The position numbers and the translations under genes are program-made. A stretch of DNA of 64,000 nucleotides. Origin: an uncultured Chromatiales bacterium (lineage in GTDB: Bacteria; Bacteroidota; Ignavibacteria; SZUA-365). The notes under the pieces are model-generated. The model was not told the DNA's origin. It saw nothing but the letters and a program-made list of their open reading frames with translations, and did no database searches. How positions within the stretch are numbered: the first letter of the stretch is position 1; the number at the start of each line of letters is the position of its first letter. Shown here piece after piece: positions 1-8,771 of this stretch. The stretch lies in contig CAYUWG010000006.1 of NCBI GenBank assembly GCA_964448285.1, positions 13,715-77,714 of the forward strand, given 5' to 3'.

Positions 1-2664
1 GGAGCGTGTGTTCATATATATGAGGAACATCACGATGAGCAGCGTGATGGGTATCACCAACATCAATTGCTTTTTGGCATGCTGCATGTATTCATATTGA
101 CCGCTCCACACGATGTTGTATCCCTGCGGAAGCTTTACGTTTTGCGCGACAATCTTTTGTGCTTCCTTCACATAGCTTCCGATGTCCGACGTCTTGAGAT
201 CGACATAGACCCAGGCGTTGGGACGCGAATTTTCGGACTTGATTCCCGGCGGGCCTTTCTTGATCTGAATATCGGCGATTTCACTGATCGGTATCTTGCC
301 ACCCCCCTGCAAGGGTATCAGAACGCGACGAAGCGCGTTGATATCTTCCCGGTAATCACGTTGGTAGCGCAGGTTGACCGGATAGCGTTCGAGGCCTTCC
401 ACCGTGGTGGTGATGTTCATTCCACCGATGGCGGACATGATCACGTTTTGCACGTCCTGTACGGAAAGCCCATAGCGTGCAATCGCTTTACGGTTGATGG
501 TATAGTCCAGATAATTCCCACCCATGACGCGTTCGGCATAGGCGGAGAGTGTCCCAGGTACCTTCTTCACAGAAACTTCGATCTGCTTCCCAATCTCCTC
601 CAAAACCGTGAGATCGGGTCCCGAAATCTTGATTCCTACAGGTGTCTTGATACCAGTGGAAAGCATGTCGATGCGTGTTTTGATAGGCATTGTCCAGGCA
701 TTGGTGACGCCAGGGAATTGTATGGCAGCGTTGAGTTCGCTGATGAGTTTCTCGCCAGTCATTCCCGGGCGCCATTCACTTTCGGGTTTGAGTTGAATGG
801 TGGTTTCGACCATGGAAAGCGGCGCTGGATCGGTTGCAGTTTCGGCTCGACCAATCTTCCCGAAAACATGATCCACTTCCGGGAAGGATTTGATGATCTT
901 GTCGGTCTGCTGAAGGATTTCACGCGCCTTCGTGATGGAGATACCGGGCAGTGTTGTCGGCATGTAGAGAAGATCTCCTTCATACAACGGTGGCATGAAC
1001 TCACTTCCGATCTTGTTGAATGGAAAGACTATGGAGAGCATCAATATCACCGCGCCGCCTACGAACCACCATTTATACTTGAGCGAGAGGTTATTCAATG
1101 GTCGGTACAATCGAATGATCCAACGGTTGAGTGGGTTTTCACTCTCCTTCTTCATTTTGCCCCGTATGAAGAAACCCATCAGCACCGGCACCAGTGTTAC
1201 GGCGAGAATAGCCGCTGCACCCATTGCATACGTCTTGGTGTAAGCCAGCGGTTTGAAAAGACGTCCTTCCTGCTGTTCGAGCGTGAAAATCGGGAGGAAC
1301 GACACCGTGATGACGAGCAGGGAATAAAACAGTGAGGGGCCGACTTCCTTGGCAGCTTCTGTGATAATCGTCCAGTTCTGTCGTCGCTTCTCCTGCGGAA
1401 GCAGATTCTCATGCTCAATGTGCTTGTGCGCGTTTTCAATCATAATAATTGCCGCATCGACCATCGCCCCGATAGCGATGGCAATCCCTCCTAGCGACAT
1501 GATGTTGGCGTTGATGCCCTGTGCATGCATGACGATGAACGCCATGAGTATGGCCACCGGCAACGTGATGATGGCCACGAATGAACTGCGGAAATGCAGG
1601 AGAAAGAGGAGGATCACGATGGAAACGACAATCGCTTCCTCGATCAGTTTTTCACTCAGATTGTCGATGGCGCGTTCAATAAGACTGGAACGGTCGTAGG
1701 CCGGAACGATTTTCACCTCATCCGGCAGGCCTGCTTTCAATTCCTCCAACTTCATCTTGACGCGCTGTATTGTGGCGAGGGCGTTTTCTCCGAAGCGCAT
1801 CACGATAATCCCGCCGACTGTTTCACCGGTTCCGTCATGTTCCGCCAAACCCCGGCGGAGTTCCGGGCCGAGGGCCACATCCGCCACGTCGTTAAGATAG
1901 ACAGGTGTGCCGGCGGGCGTGGAGCCAAGAGAAATTTCCTTCACGTCATCCACGGACTTGATGTAGCCAAGCCCGCGCACCATGAATTCGGATTCCGCGA
2001 ATTCCAGCAACCGGCCGCCGACATCGTTGTTGCTGCGTTTGATCGCGTCGCGTACGTGTGCGAGTGAGATTCCGTACGACTGAAGTTTGTTGGGATCGAC
2101 GGCGACCTGGTATTGCTTGACATAGCCGCCGATGGATGCGACTTCAGAAACACCACTCACTGAAGTGAGTTCATACTTTAAATACCAATCCTGGATCGAT
2201 CGCAATTCCTGAAGACTGTGCTTGTCGGATTGCAACGTGTATTGATAAATCCATCCCAATCCGGTCGCGTCGGGGCCAAGTTGTGGCGTTATGCCCCGGG
2301 GCAATTGGCCTTGCAGCGTGCTGAGATACTCGAGGACGCGGCTGCGCGCCCAGTACATGTCCGTCCCGTCTTCGAAGATCACGTACACGAACGAGAAGCC
2401 AAAAAAGGAATATCCCCGTACGACACGCGCATATGGGACGGACAACATCTTCGTGGTGAGGGGGTAGGTGACCTGATCCTCAACGATACGCGGCGCCTGA
2501 CCGGGATACTCCGTGTAGATGATGACCTGCACATCGCTGAGGTCGGGGATAGCATCCACCGGTGTGTTCAGCATGGAATAGATCCCCAGTCCGATCAGAA
2601 CGAGCGTTCCGAGGATCACCATGAACTTGTTGTTAATGCACCACTCTATGATTTTTCCAAGCAT
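1..2664 (-). CDS. cusA: Heavy-metal efflux RND transporter (CusA/CzcA family), partial: N-terminal 888 aa, C-terminus beyond left window edge
   Basis: Hand translation of the minus strand from ATG at 2664 (RBS AAGGAG 7 nt upstream) gives an uninterrupted 888-codon frame ending exactly at position 1. The N-terminus reads MLGKIIEWCINNKFMVILGTLVLIGLGIYSMLNTPVDAIPDLSDVQVIIYTEYPGQAPRIVEDQVTYPLTTKMLSVP, near-identical to the canonical CusA N-terminus. Spot checks of the hand translation at 1-66 (reads LMLVIPITLLIVMFLIYMNTRS), 2401-2460 and 2521-2580 confirm the frame. It is absent from the ORF track because no stop lies inside the window. It sits downstream of cusB in the same orientation. Confidence 0.9.
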   Translation of the reverse strand, partial: MLGKIIEWCINNKFMVILGTLVLIGLGIYSMLNTPVDAIPDLSDVQVIIYTEYPGQAPRIVEDQVTYPLTTKMLSVPYARVVRGYSFFGFSFVYVIFEDGTDMYWARSRVLEYLSTLQGQLPRGITPQLGPDATGLGWIYQYTLQSDKHSLQELRSIQDWYLKYELTSVSGVSEVASIGGYVKQYQVAVDPNKLQSYGISLAHVRDAIKRSNNDVGGRLLEFAESEFMVRGLGYIKSVDDVKEISLGSTPAGTPVYLNDVADVALGPELRRGLAEHDGTGETVGGIIVMRFGENALATIQRVKMKLEELKAGLPDEVKIVPAYDRSSLIERAIDNLSEKLIEEAIVVSIVILLFLLHFRSSFVAIITLPVAILMAFIVMHAQGINANIMSLGGIAIAIGAMVDAAIIMIENAHKHIEHENLLPQEKRRQNWTIITEAAKEVGPSLFYSLLVITVSFLPIFTLEQQEGRLFKPLAYTKTYAMGAAAILAVTLVPVLMGFFIRGKMKKESENPLNRWIIRLYRPLNNLSLKYKWWFVGGAVILMLSIVFPFNKIGSEFMPPLYEGDLLYMPTTLPGISITKAREILQQTDKIIKSFPEVDHVFGKIGRAETATDPAPLSMVETTIQLKPESEWRPGMTGEKLISELNAAIQFPGVTNAWTMPIKTRIDMLSTGIKTPVGIKISGPDLTVLEEIGKQIEVSVKKVPGTLSAYAERVMGGNYLDYTINRKAIARYGLSVQDVQNVIMSAIGGMNITTTVEGLERYPVNLRYQRDYREDINALRRVLIPLQGGGKIPISEIADIQIKKGPPGIKSENSRPNAWVYVDLKTSDIGSYVKEAQKIVAQNVKLPQGYNIVWSGQYEYMQHAKKQLMLVIPITLLIVMFLIYMNTRS

Positions 2665-2674
2665 CGGTTTCTCC

Positions 2675-4174
2675 TTAGTGATTATGACCTTGTGTGGGAA
2701 CGGCTGTCTTGGAGTCCGTCGACCTTGGTGTATCAGCTTTTTCACCTGTCATGGCATTGAGCGCAGCACGAAGATTGCTTTCGGAATCGATAAGGAATTG
2801 CGCGGAAAGCACAATGCGTTCACCGGGTTGCACCCCTTTCAGAATTTGATAGAAACCCTGCGAAAGAATACCAAGCGTCACTTCGCGTGGTTCGAAGCGT
2901 CCGCCACCGAGAGAGACAACGATCATGTCGCGCGTCCCTCCGCGGATGACCGCTTGTTCCGGAACGACGACCGCATCATGGATCGGATCGCCGAAGATCT
3001 CCACGTCCGCGAACATCTCCGGCTTGAGTTCCATTTTTGGATTGGGAAAATCTATACGGACGCGACCTGTGCGCGACTTCGCGACGAGCGTCGGATAGAA
3101 GAATGCAACGCGTCCGGTAAATGTCCTGCCGGGAGCGAACGGCAATGTCATCACAGCCTTCTGGCCCACCTTCGCATTTCCGAGTTCGTACTCATACAGA
3201 TCGGCATGGAGCCACACGATCGAGAGATCGGCAATCTTCAGCAGTTGCTCGCCTGTCTGCACGCGTTGCCCCTGAATGACGTTCTTCTCCAACACGACAC
3301 CACGTGCAGGCGCGTGGAGCGTGATGGTGCGCTGGATTTTCCGTGAAGTGACGATCTGCTGAATCTGCTCATCGGTGATGTCCCAGAGTTGAAGCTTGCG
3401 TTTCGCTGTTTCCAGCAATGCGTCACCACTTTTTGCAACGTCATTGAAGCTGCTTGATGAAACACCTTTCTGATAATCCAGAGCGGTGATCAGTTCCTGT
3501 TCGGCGGCGACAAACTCCGGGCTGTAAATCTCCATGAGCTTCTGTCCGCGTCGGACGGATTGCCCGACGTAATCCACGTAGAGCTTCTCCACCCAGCCGC
3601 TGATCTTTGTGTTGAGAATCGCCTGTCTCGGTTCAGCGATGGCGATGTGTCCGTTGGTTCGAATGGTGGTGCTCAGCGATCGTTTTTCCGCTTCGCCGAT
3701 TTTCACGTTGATGTTCTGCTCCACCGCCGGGTCGATGCGGATCACTCCCGCCGAACCTTCCTGACCTTCATAGACAGGAACGAGATCCATTCCGCAATCC
3801 GGAGCTTTCCCCGGATGCTCGGATGTGTACCAGGGATGCATGGGATCCTTGTAATAGAGAATCTTCTTTTCGCCGCCTGCATCAGCATCCGTCCCACCCA
3901 TCGTCGATTGCTTGACGGGCATCAGTTTCATGCCACAGATCGGGCAGTCGCCTGACTCATCGCGGATAATCTCCGGATGCATCCCGCACGTGTAGAGCTG
4001 CTTCTGTTCGGTTTGCGTGGTGGTTTGCTTGTCGTCCGATGAGCATGAAACGAATGCAACGCTTCCCACGAGGACGAGCAGGACAATGATGAATACCTTC
4101 ATGGTGTTTTGCTCCTTCAATAATCTCGATATCAGTTGTTGTTTCATTTTTCTGTTCCATTCGTTGCTTCTCAT
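2675..4174 (-). CDS. cusB: Efflux RND periplasmic adaptor (CusB-like membrane fusion protein) with two N-terminal Cys-x-x-Cys heavy-metal-binding domains
   Basis: 499-aa ORF with an N-terminal signal/TM segment. Two HMBD-like motifs: YTCGMHPEIIRDESGDCPICGMKL and YYKDPMHPWYTSEHPGKAPDCGMDL. The remainder is an MFP beta-barrel/lipoyl-like region. Lies between a TolC-like gene and cusA; start/stop overlaps suggest one operon. Confidence 0.88.
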   Translation of the reverse strand: MRSNEWNRKMKQQLISRLLKEQNTMKVFIIVLLVLVGSVAFVSCSSDDKQTTTQTEQKQLYTCGMHPEIIRDESGDCPICGMKLMPVKQSTMGGTDADAGGEKKILYYKDPMHPWYTSEHPGKAPDCGMDLVPVYEGQEGSAGVIRIDPAVEQNINVKIGEAEKRSLSTTIRTNGHIAIAEPRQAILNTKISGWVEKLYVDYVGQSVRRGQKLMEIYSPEFVAAEQELITALDYQKGVSSSSFNDVAKSGDALLETAKRKLQLWDITDEQIQQIVTSRKIQRTITLHAPARGVVLEKNVIQGQRVQTGEQLLKIADLSIVWLHADLYEYELGNAKVGQKAVMTLPFAPGRTFTGRVAFFYPTLVAKSRTGRVRIDFPNPKMELKPEMFADVEIFGDPIHDAVVVPEQAVIRGGTRDMIVVSLGGGRFEPREVTLGILSQGFYQILKGVQPGERIVLSAQFLIDSESNLRAALNAMTGEKADTPRSTDSKTAVPTQGHNH

Positions 4175-5448
4175 GGCTGCACCGCCTTTCCGGTGTGAAA
4201 GTCGATGTCCGCGCGAGTTTTCCAGTAGTCTGCGCGAAGTCGATGGTAATCCGTTTGCAGTTGATAGAGCTTGACCAGATTGTCGAGAACGGTGAGGTAA
4301 TCGACATCCCCGACCTGATAACCGGCCAGCGATGCGTTCAATGCCTGCGACGCCTGCGGGAGAAGACCCGTCGTCAACAGTTCCAGGCGCTCATGCACGG
4401 TCGCCAGCGTGGCGAGCGATGAAGAAAATGATGTCTGGAGTTGTTGCAAGGCGGTGTTGTACGACTCGGTGTACATGTTGATCATCGCCTCTGCTTCCTC
4501 CACCGCTGCCGATCGCTTTCCCCCGTTATTCAGAGGCAGATTCAGGTTGAGGGACAAGGAAAGGAAGTCCACAAGATTGTTATTATTCGCCGCGAGATAA
4601 TCCCTTTGCGAGTATGCGGCCCCGATCATGAAATCGGGGTACCATTCAAGATTGGCGAGTTCCTTCTGTGCCCGAGCCTTATCGGCCGCATTCTTTATGC
4701 CTTGTAGAAATGGCCGATGCTGAATCGCTTCATCGAGCAGGTCACGAACCGAGAACTGATCTTTTCCAACCTCAGTGAGTGAATCGATCCTCATCCCTGT
4801 ACCTGCTTCACGCAGGAGAAGACTGTTCATCTCATCCACCTTCCTGCGGTACTCTTCACGGAGCTTCAGAATGCGATCCGTGATGCGGCTGATCTCGAAA
4901 TCAGATTTGATGACGTCCTGCTGCGTTCCTCTCGCGACTTCATACTTCGCGCGCACCACTTTCGAGATGTTTCGAAGCACGTCACGGGATTCCTCGTCGA
5001 CGGCGATTGCTTTCTGAAGGAAGGCAAGTTCGTAATAGACCTTCCGCACATTTCGCACGATATCGTTTCGCGTATCGAAGAATTCCTGTTGGGCGATGCG
5101 TTCATCCTGTCCGGCGATGTCGCCTCGTGTGGAAAGCTTCCCGGGGAAAGGAAACATCTGTGATAGACCGAGCATCTTGCCGGTCATCGGTTCCTGTGTA
5201 AAGCTGAAGCTGTTGACCGGAAGATTGTTCATGCTGAATGCAACACGCGGATCGGGAAGGCTGGAAACCTGCGGAACACGTTGGTTGAACATTCTTACCC
5301 GGGCTTCGAGTGCTTTCAGGCGAGGACTGACGTACAAGGCTTCGCGGACGTATCCGGAGAGAACGGTGTCATGGATTTCCTGCCCTTGCACCGTCTGAAG
5401 AAACATCACCAGGAGTGTGGTAAGGAGTAAAGGGATTGTTCGATACAT
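4171..5448 (-). CDS. TolC-family outer membrane efflux protein (CusC-like outer membrane factor)
   Basis: Track ORF 4171..5565. The likely true start is the internal ATG at 5448 (MYRTIPLLLTTLLVMFLQTVQGQ signal peptide). Alpha-helical/coiled-coil-rich sequence typical of TolC-family proteins. Overlaps the cusB start by 4 bp. Confidence 0.8.
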   Translation of the reverse strand: MYRTIPLLLTTLLVMFLQTVQGQEIHDTVLSGYVREALYVSPRLKALEARVRMFNQRVPQVSSLPDPRVAFSMNNLPVNSFSFTQEPMTGKMLGLSQMFPFPGKLSTRGDIAGQDERIAQQEFFDTRNDIVRNVRKVYYELAFLQKAIAVDEESRDVLRNISKVVRAKYEVARGTQQDVIKSDFEISRITDRILKLREEYRRKVDEMNSLLLREAGTGMRIDSLTEVGKDQFSVRDLLDEAIQHRPFLQGIKNAADKARAQKELANLEWYPDFMIGAAYSQRDYLAANNNNLVDFLSLSLNLNLPLNNGGKRSAAVEEAEAMINMYTESYNTALQQLQTSFSSSLATLATVHERLELLTTGLLPQASQALNASLAGYQVGDVDYLTVLDNLVKLYQLQTDYHRLRADYWKTRADIDFHTGKAVQP

Positions 5449-5589
5449 GGATCTGACCTTGTAGTTCATGAAACAGCTGGAAGAACTGGTTGAGAGCTTG
5501 TCCTTGCCACATGTCAGCAGCATGACAGGGGATAAAACGAACCACCCGTGCGCAGAACGGCGCACGAATCTTCGTTCAAAGAGACAGGG

Positions 5590-6054
5590 TCAGATTAAAA
5601 AGGAGGAGTTGAATAGGTAGGTATTTTCTCCGCCACCAGGGGGGAAGTGGTCGCGATGAAGATGCTGATAGAGGGCCGAGCGTAGAGCCAAGAATGAATG
5701 TGAGACATCAGTAACAGAATTATCTACTGTGAACCTCAGAGGTTGGAACGTCGGCCTGAACTGATATTCGAATGCATTATGAATCTGTTTCGTGGCGTCT
5801 ATTTCATAGCAGCACTCCACACCGTCGAGCTTCTGTTTCGTTGGTTGTGAGGACCGCTCAGAGCAACACGAGAAGTCATGCGTTTCCCGTTCGTGCATCG
5901 TGCACGTGGAGAACAATTCCGCAACACCCATTTCCGCACAGATGTGCTGATACAATGGAATCCCGATCACACCGAATGAAAGGGAAACGAGCATGATGGC
6001 TGTTGTGATATTTCTCGTTGCGTTTCGCATCCGATGACAACTTAGTTTATTCAC
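5590..6054 (-). CDS. Hypothetical small membrane-anchored Cys/His-rich protein, possible metal-binding accessory protein
   Basis: 154-aa ORF (probable start at internal MRNATRNITTAIMLVSLSFGVIGIPLY with one TM helix). Contains CAEMG, STCTMHERETHDFSCC, GVECC and HLHRDH clusters. Placed between the multicopper oxidase genes and the TolC-like gene on the same strand. No family recognised. Confidence 0.4.
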   Translation of the reverse strand: MNKLSCHRMRNATRNITTAIMLVSLSFGVIGIPLYQHICAEMGVAELFSTCTMHERETHDFSCCSERSSQPTKQKLDGVECCYEIDATKQIHNAFEYQFRPTFQPLRFTVDNSVTDVSHSFLALRSALYQHLHRDHFPPGGGENTYLFNSSFLI

Positions 6055-6131
6055 ATCAGCGAATCAATGACATTTGTTACAAGATCTTTTGAAACAGTTG
6101 TAAAATCGTTGGGATCGCTACGAGTAAACTC

Positions 6132-7346
6132 CTACTCCACGACGATCATCTTCCTAAGCACATGCACTCCGTCTCGTATCTCGATGAATGAACTCCCGCG
6201 AAGTCCGTTCAACTCGAATGCGAGGTTGTGAGTCCCGGATTCGAGTGCAATACCACCCGCAAGTGTGCGCACCCTTCGCCCGAGCAGATCATACACAAAG
6301 ACCGAGAACACCGACGGCGTCCGTGTGACAAGTTTCAGCGAGAGCTTCGAAGACGACGCAAGCGGATTTGGATAGACAGTGAAGTCGAAAGTGCGTGGAG
6401 TTTCGATGTTCGATACGGATAAGGGGCCGGTTACCTGGACAGGCACGGTGAGTTTATGGCGACTCATCTCATTGTACATCGTGAGAAACTCGACGCTGAT
6501 GGAATGAAGTCCGCTCGTGTTCGCGGTAATGAGTACATCGTACCGCTCACCCGGCAGAACCTCCAATGAAGAGGAATGGATAGCCGAAGGCAGTGGTCTT
6601 CCATCGGAGGCGATAATGGTCGCACCAAGATTCGCGAAGTCATACCGATGCACCATATAGCCGGCGTTCAAAAGTCGAAGCAGGACAGTATCTCCTAAGG
6701 AAAATGCGACGTGAGAGTTCGGGTCACCGTTGATTCCGGATTGTTCCTTCCCGTTGATCATGAAATACTTCGGGCGATAGTATTTGAAATCCGCGTCCAT
6801 CGTCTGCCGCAGCCAGAGCGAATCGAATTCGGAGGCGATCCACATCCGTTCAACGTCGAAAGAAGGCCCTCCCTCCCATGCGGTCGTGGAACTATCCGGA
6901 GGGCGCACGATGATCGCACCCCACATGCCCATGTGTGCATGGAGAAAACTTTCGACGTGGCAGTGATACCAGTACGTTCCGGCATGTGGCGCGGTGAATT
7001 CATATGAACCCGTGCGACCCATTCGTACGGAAAAGGAAGTCTCCGGAAATCCGTCATTCGCCTGGTCAACGTCTAAGCCATGGAGATGCACGGTGTGATC
7101 TTCCATCGAGTTGTTCGTGAAATTGATTTTGTATTGCTGTCCTTGTATCAGTGTAAACATCGGTCCCGGTAGTTGAATCGTCGGCGGCATGCTCGGATAG
7201 CCGAATCCCCAGTAGGTATGGTTCGCGCCGTCGGAGGTCGTCATCCGACCGGTCATGGTTGCGATGAGATTGAGCTCCGTGACCTGGGATAAGGCGATCG
7301 GTGAATGAGCCAAACAGACGAGACCGATAAAGACCAACTTCTTCAT
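6132..7346 (-). CDS. Multicopper oxidase family protein (two cupredoxin domains) with T9SS C-terminal sorting domain
   Basis: Signal peptide. Copper-ligand motifs HTVHLHG (HxH) and YWYHCHVESFLHAHMGMW (HCH...H...M). The C-terminal ~80 aa (YPNPLASSSKLSLKL...VFVYDLLGRRVRTL...) match the T9SS CTD pattern. Confidence 0.8.
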   Translation of the reverse strand: MKKLVFIGLVCLAHSPIALSQVTELNLIATMTGRMTTSDGANHTYWGFGYPSMPPTIQLPGPMFTLIQGQQYKINFTNNSMEDHTVHLHGLDVDQANDGFPETSFSVRMGRTGSYEFTAPHAGTYWYHCHVESFLHAHMGMWGAIIVRPPDSSTTAWEGGPSFDVERMWIASEFDSLWLRQTMDADFKYYRPKYFMINGKEQSGINGDPNSHVAFSLGDTVLLRLLNAGYMVHRYDFANLGATIIASDGRPLPSAIHSSSLEVLPGERYDVLITANTSGLHSISVEFLTMYNEMSRHKLTVPVQVTGPLSVSNIETPRTFDFTVYPNPLASSSKLSLKLVTRTPSVFSVFVYDLLGRRVRTLAGGIALESGTHNLAFELNGLRGSSFIEIRDGVHVLRKMIVVE

Positions 7347-8206
7347 GGCAGAACCTCCATCAAATCGAGCATCCCGTTGTGATGCTGCCCGCCTCCGATT
7401 TCCCCTGCGAGATTATTGTGATCGTGCACGGGGAATTTACCCGGTTGGTCAGGAGTCAGCAGCAATTCCATGCTTTCTCCCCATCGAATCGGAATCGTGT
7501 CTTTCCACAAAGGAGGGTCGATCATGACGTGATTTCTTCGCGTCAGAGCTAAGTGATAGCCGTGAAAATGCAGGCTGTGCCACATCAATCCGGCATTGAG
7601 CACACGAATGCGAATGGTCTCCCCGACGCGACCCATGATGTGCGTCGAAGGATCGGATTGAATGTTCGGCTGACTTTTCCCATTTATAGTGAAGTAGTCC
7701 GGCCAATACTCATTCACGTCTGCGATACCCGTGGTCATCCATGTACTGTCATGCTCGCTCAGAATCCACAGGTACTCACGGTCGTAGCTCTTGCCATCAT
7801 CTACGATGATTGCACCGAAGAGTCCGGTACTCTGATTGCGAGGATAGTTAATCGGATCGTGATAGAGATAGACGCCCGGTTCCGAAAAAGACAAGTCTAT
7901 CGGTCTCGATTCGTTTGGAGGTATTATCGTCACGAGCGGCCTGCCTTCGGTTCGAATCGCAAACCCGTGCTCGACCGAATCAGTGTTGAAGACCTGAATC
8001 TGCAATGTGACGTCTTTGTCGCACTTCAGTACAGGGCCCGGAAGCGTCGCTTCGCCGTCCTTCGACGCGCTGAACGTCGTGATCGGTATGCGTCCGCCTA
8101 AGGAACTGACTATTGTTCCTGATCGGATGAAGAGTGTGTCAGGATTTCGGGAGAGTGCGCTCCAAAGTGGCGTGAGTAAAAGAACACAGAGAAAGGCGCT
8201 TTTCAT
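7343..8206 (-). CDS. Cupredoxin/multicopper-oxidase-like secreted protein
   Basis: 287 aa with a signal peptide. HxH motif WHSLHFHGYH and His-rich PVHDHNNLAGEIGGGQHHNGM. Overlaps the downstream MCO gene by 4 bp (operon). Lacks a full HCH motif, so it may be a partner or degenerate MCO. Confidence 0.65.
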   Translation of the reverse strand: MKSAFLCVLLLTPLWSALSRNPDTLFIRSGTIVSSLGGRIPITTFSASKDGEATLPGPVLKCDKDVTLQIQVFNTDSVEHGFAIRTEGRPLVTIIPPNESRPIDLSFSEPGVYLYHDPINYPRNQSTGLFGAIIVDDGKSYDREYLWILSEHDSTWMTTGIADVNEYWPDYFTINGKSQPNIQSDPSTHIMGRVGETIRIRVLNAGLMWHSLHFHGYHLALTRRNHVMIDPPLWKDTIPIRWGESMELLLTPDQPGKFPVHDHNNLAGEIGGGQHHNGMLDLMEVLP

Positions 8207-8430
8207 GAGAAAATCTTTCTTGCTTTATCGCGAAAACTTTCATGGGAGAATAATGCAACCTTGTTTTCCAAGATGCAAGCAGTTTCCTCTCGGAAATCCT
8301 GTCATCGGATCGGCGATGGTTCCAAACTGCGAATCGCATTGCCTTTATTGATCTTCATTCATACCTTGAAAAGGGAAATGAATAGCTTCTCGACACCCGT
8401 ACACTCTCCAATCAACGAAAAGGAATTCCG

Positions 8431-8766
8431 ATGAAAATACTTCTCACTCTCTTCGCAACGACGCTCTTTTTCACCGCGTGCAGTTCAGAAAAACAGGAGC
8501 AGAAATCCGGTCAGGAAAATCAAACGGAAACCAAACCTGCACAGACAACTGAATTGCAAAGCCTGGATGAATGGATCCGTCCGACACCGGTCAAGAGCGT
8601 TGCGGATTTCGATGAGAACCATGATGGACACGTGTATAACGACAACATGTGCTGGAACGTCATCGCGGACGTACCGGGGAAATGTCCCAAGTGCGGAATG
8701 AAGATGAAGGAAGTCACGGTCGCAGATGCCGAGGCCAAGCTCAAAGAGCACGGCATGATGGAATAG
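8431..8766 (+). CDS. Lipoprotein with C-terminal Cys-x-x-Cys heavy-metal-binding domain (copper chaperone-like)
   Basis: Lipobox LFFTAC. C-terminal NMCWNVIADVPGKCPKCGMKMKEV matches the HMBD motifs in cusB. Transcribed divergently from the copper operon. Confidence 0.7.
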   Translation: MKILLTLFATTLFFTACSSEKQEQKSGQENQTETKPAQTTELQSLDEWIRPTPVKSVADFDENHDGHVYNDNMCWNVIADVPGKCPKCGMKMKEVTVADAEAKLKEHGMME

Positions 8767-8771
8767 GAAAT

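Noticed and set aside
67-1335. 422-aa plus-strand ORF (and neighbouring short ORFs up to 2760) in the first 2.7 kb
   Set aside because: Antisense shadow of cusA. The minus strand carries an uninterrupted, strongly CusA-like 888-codon frame. The plus ORF has no recognisable motifs.
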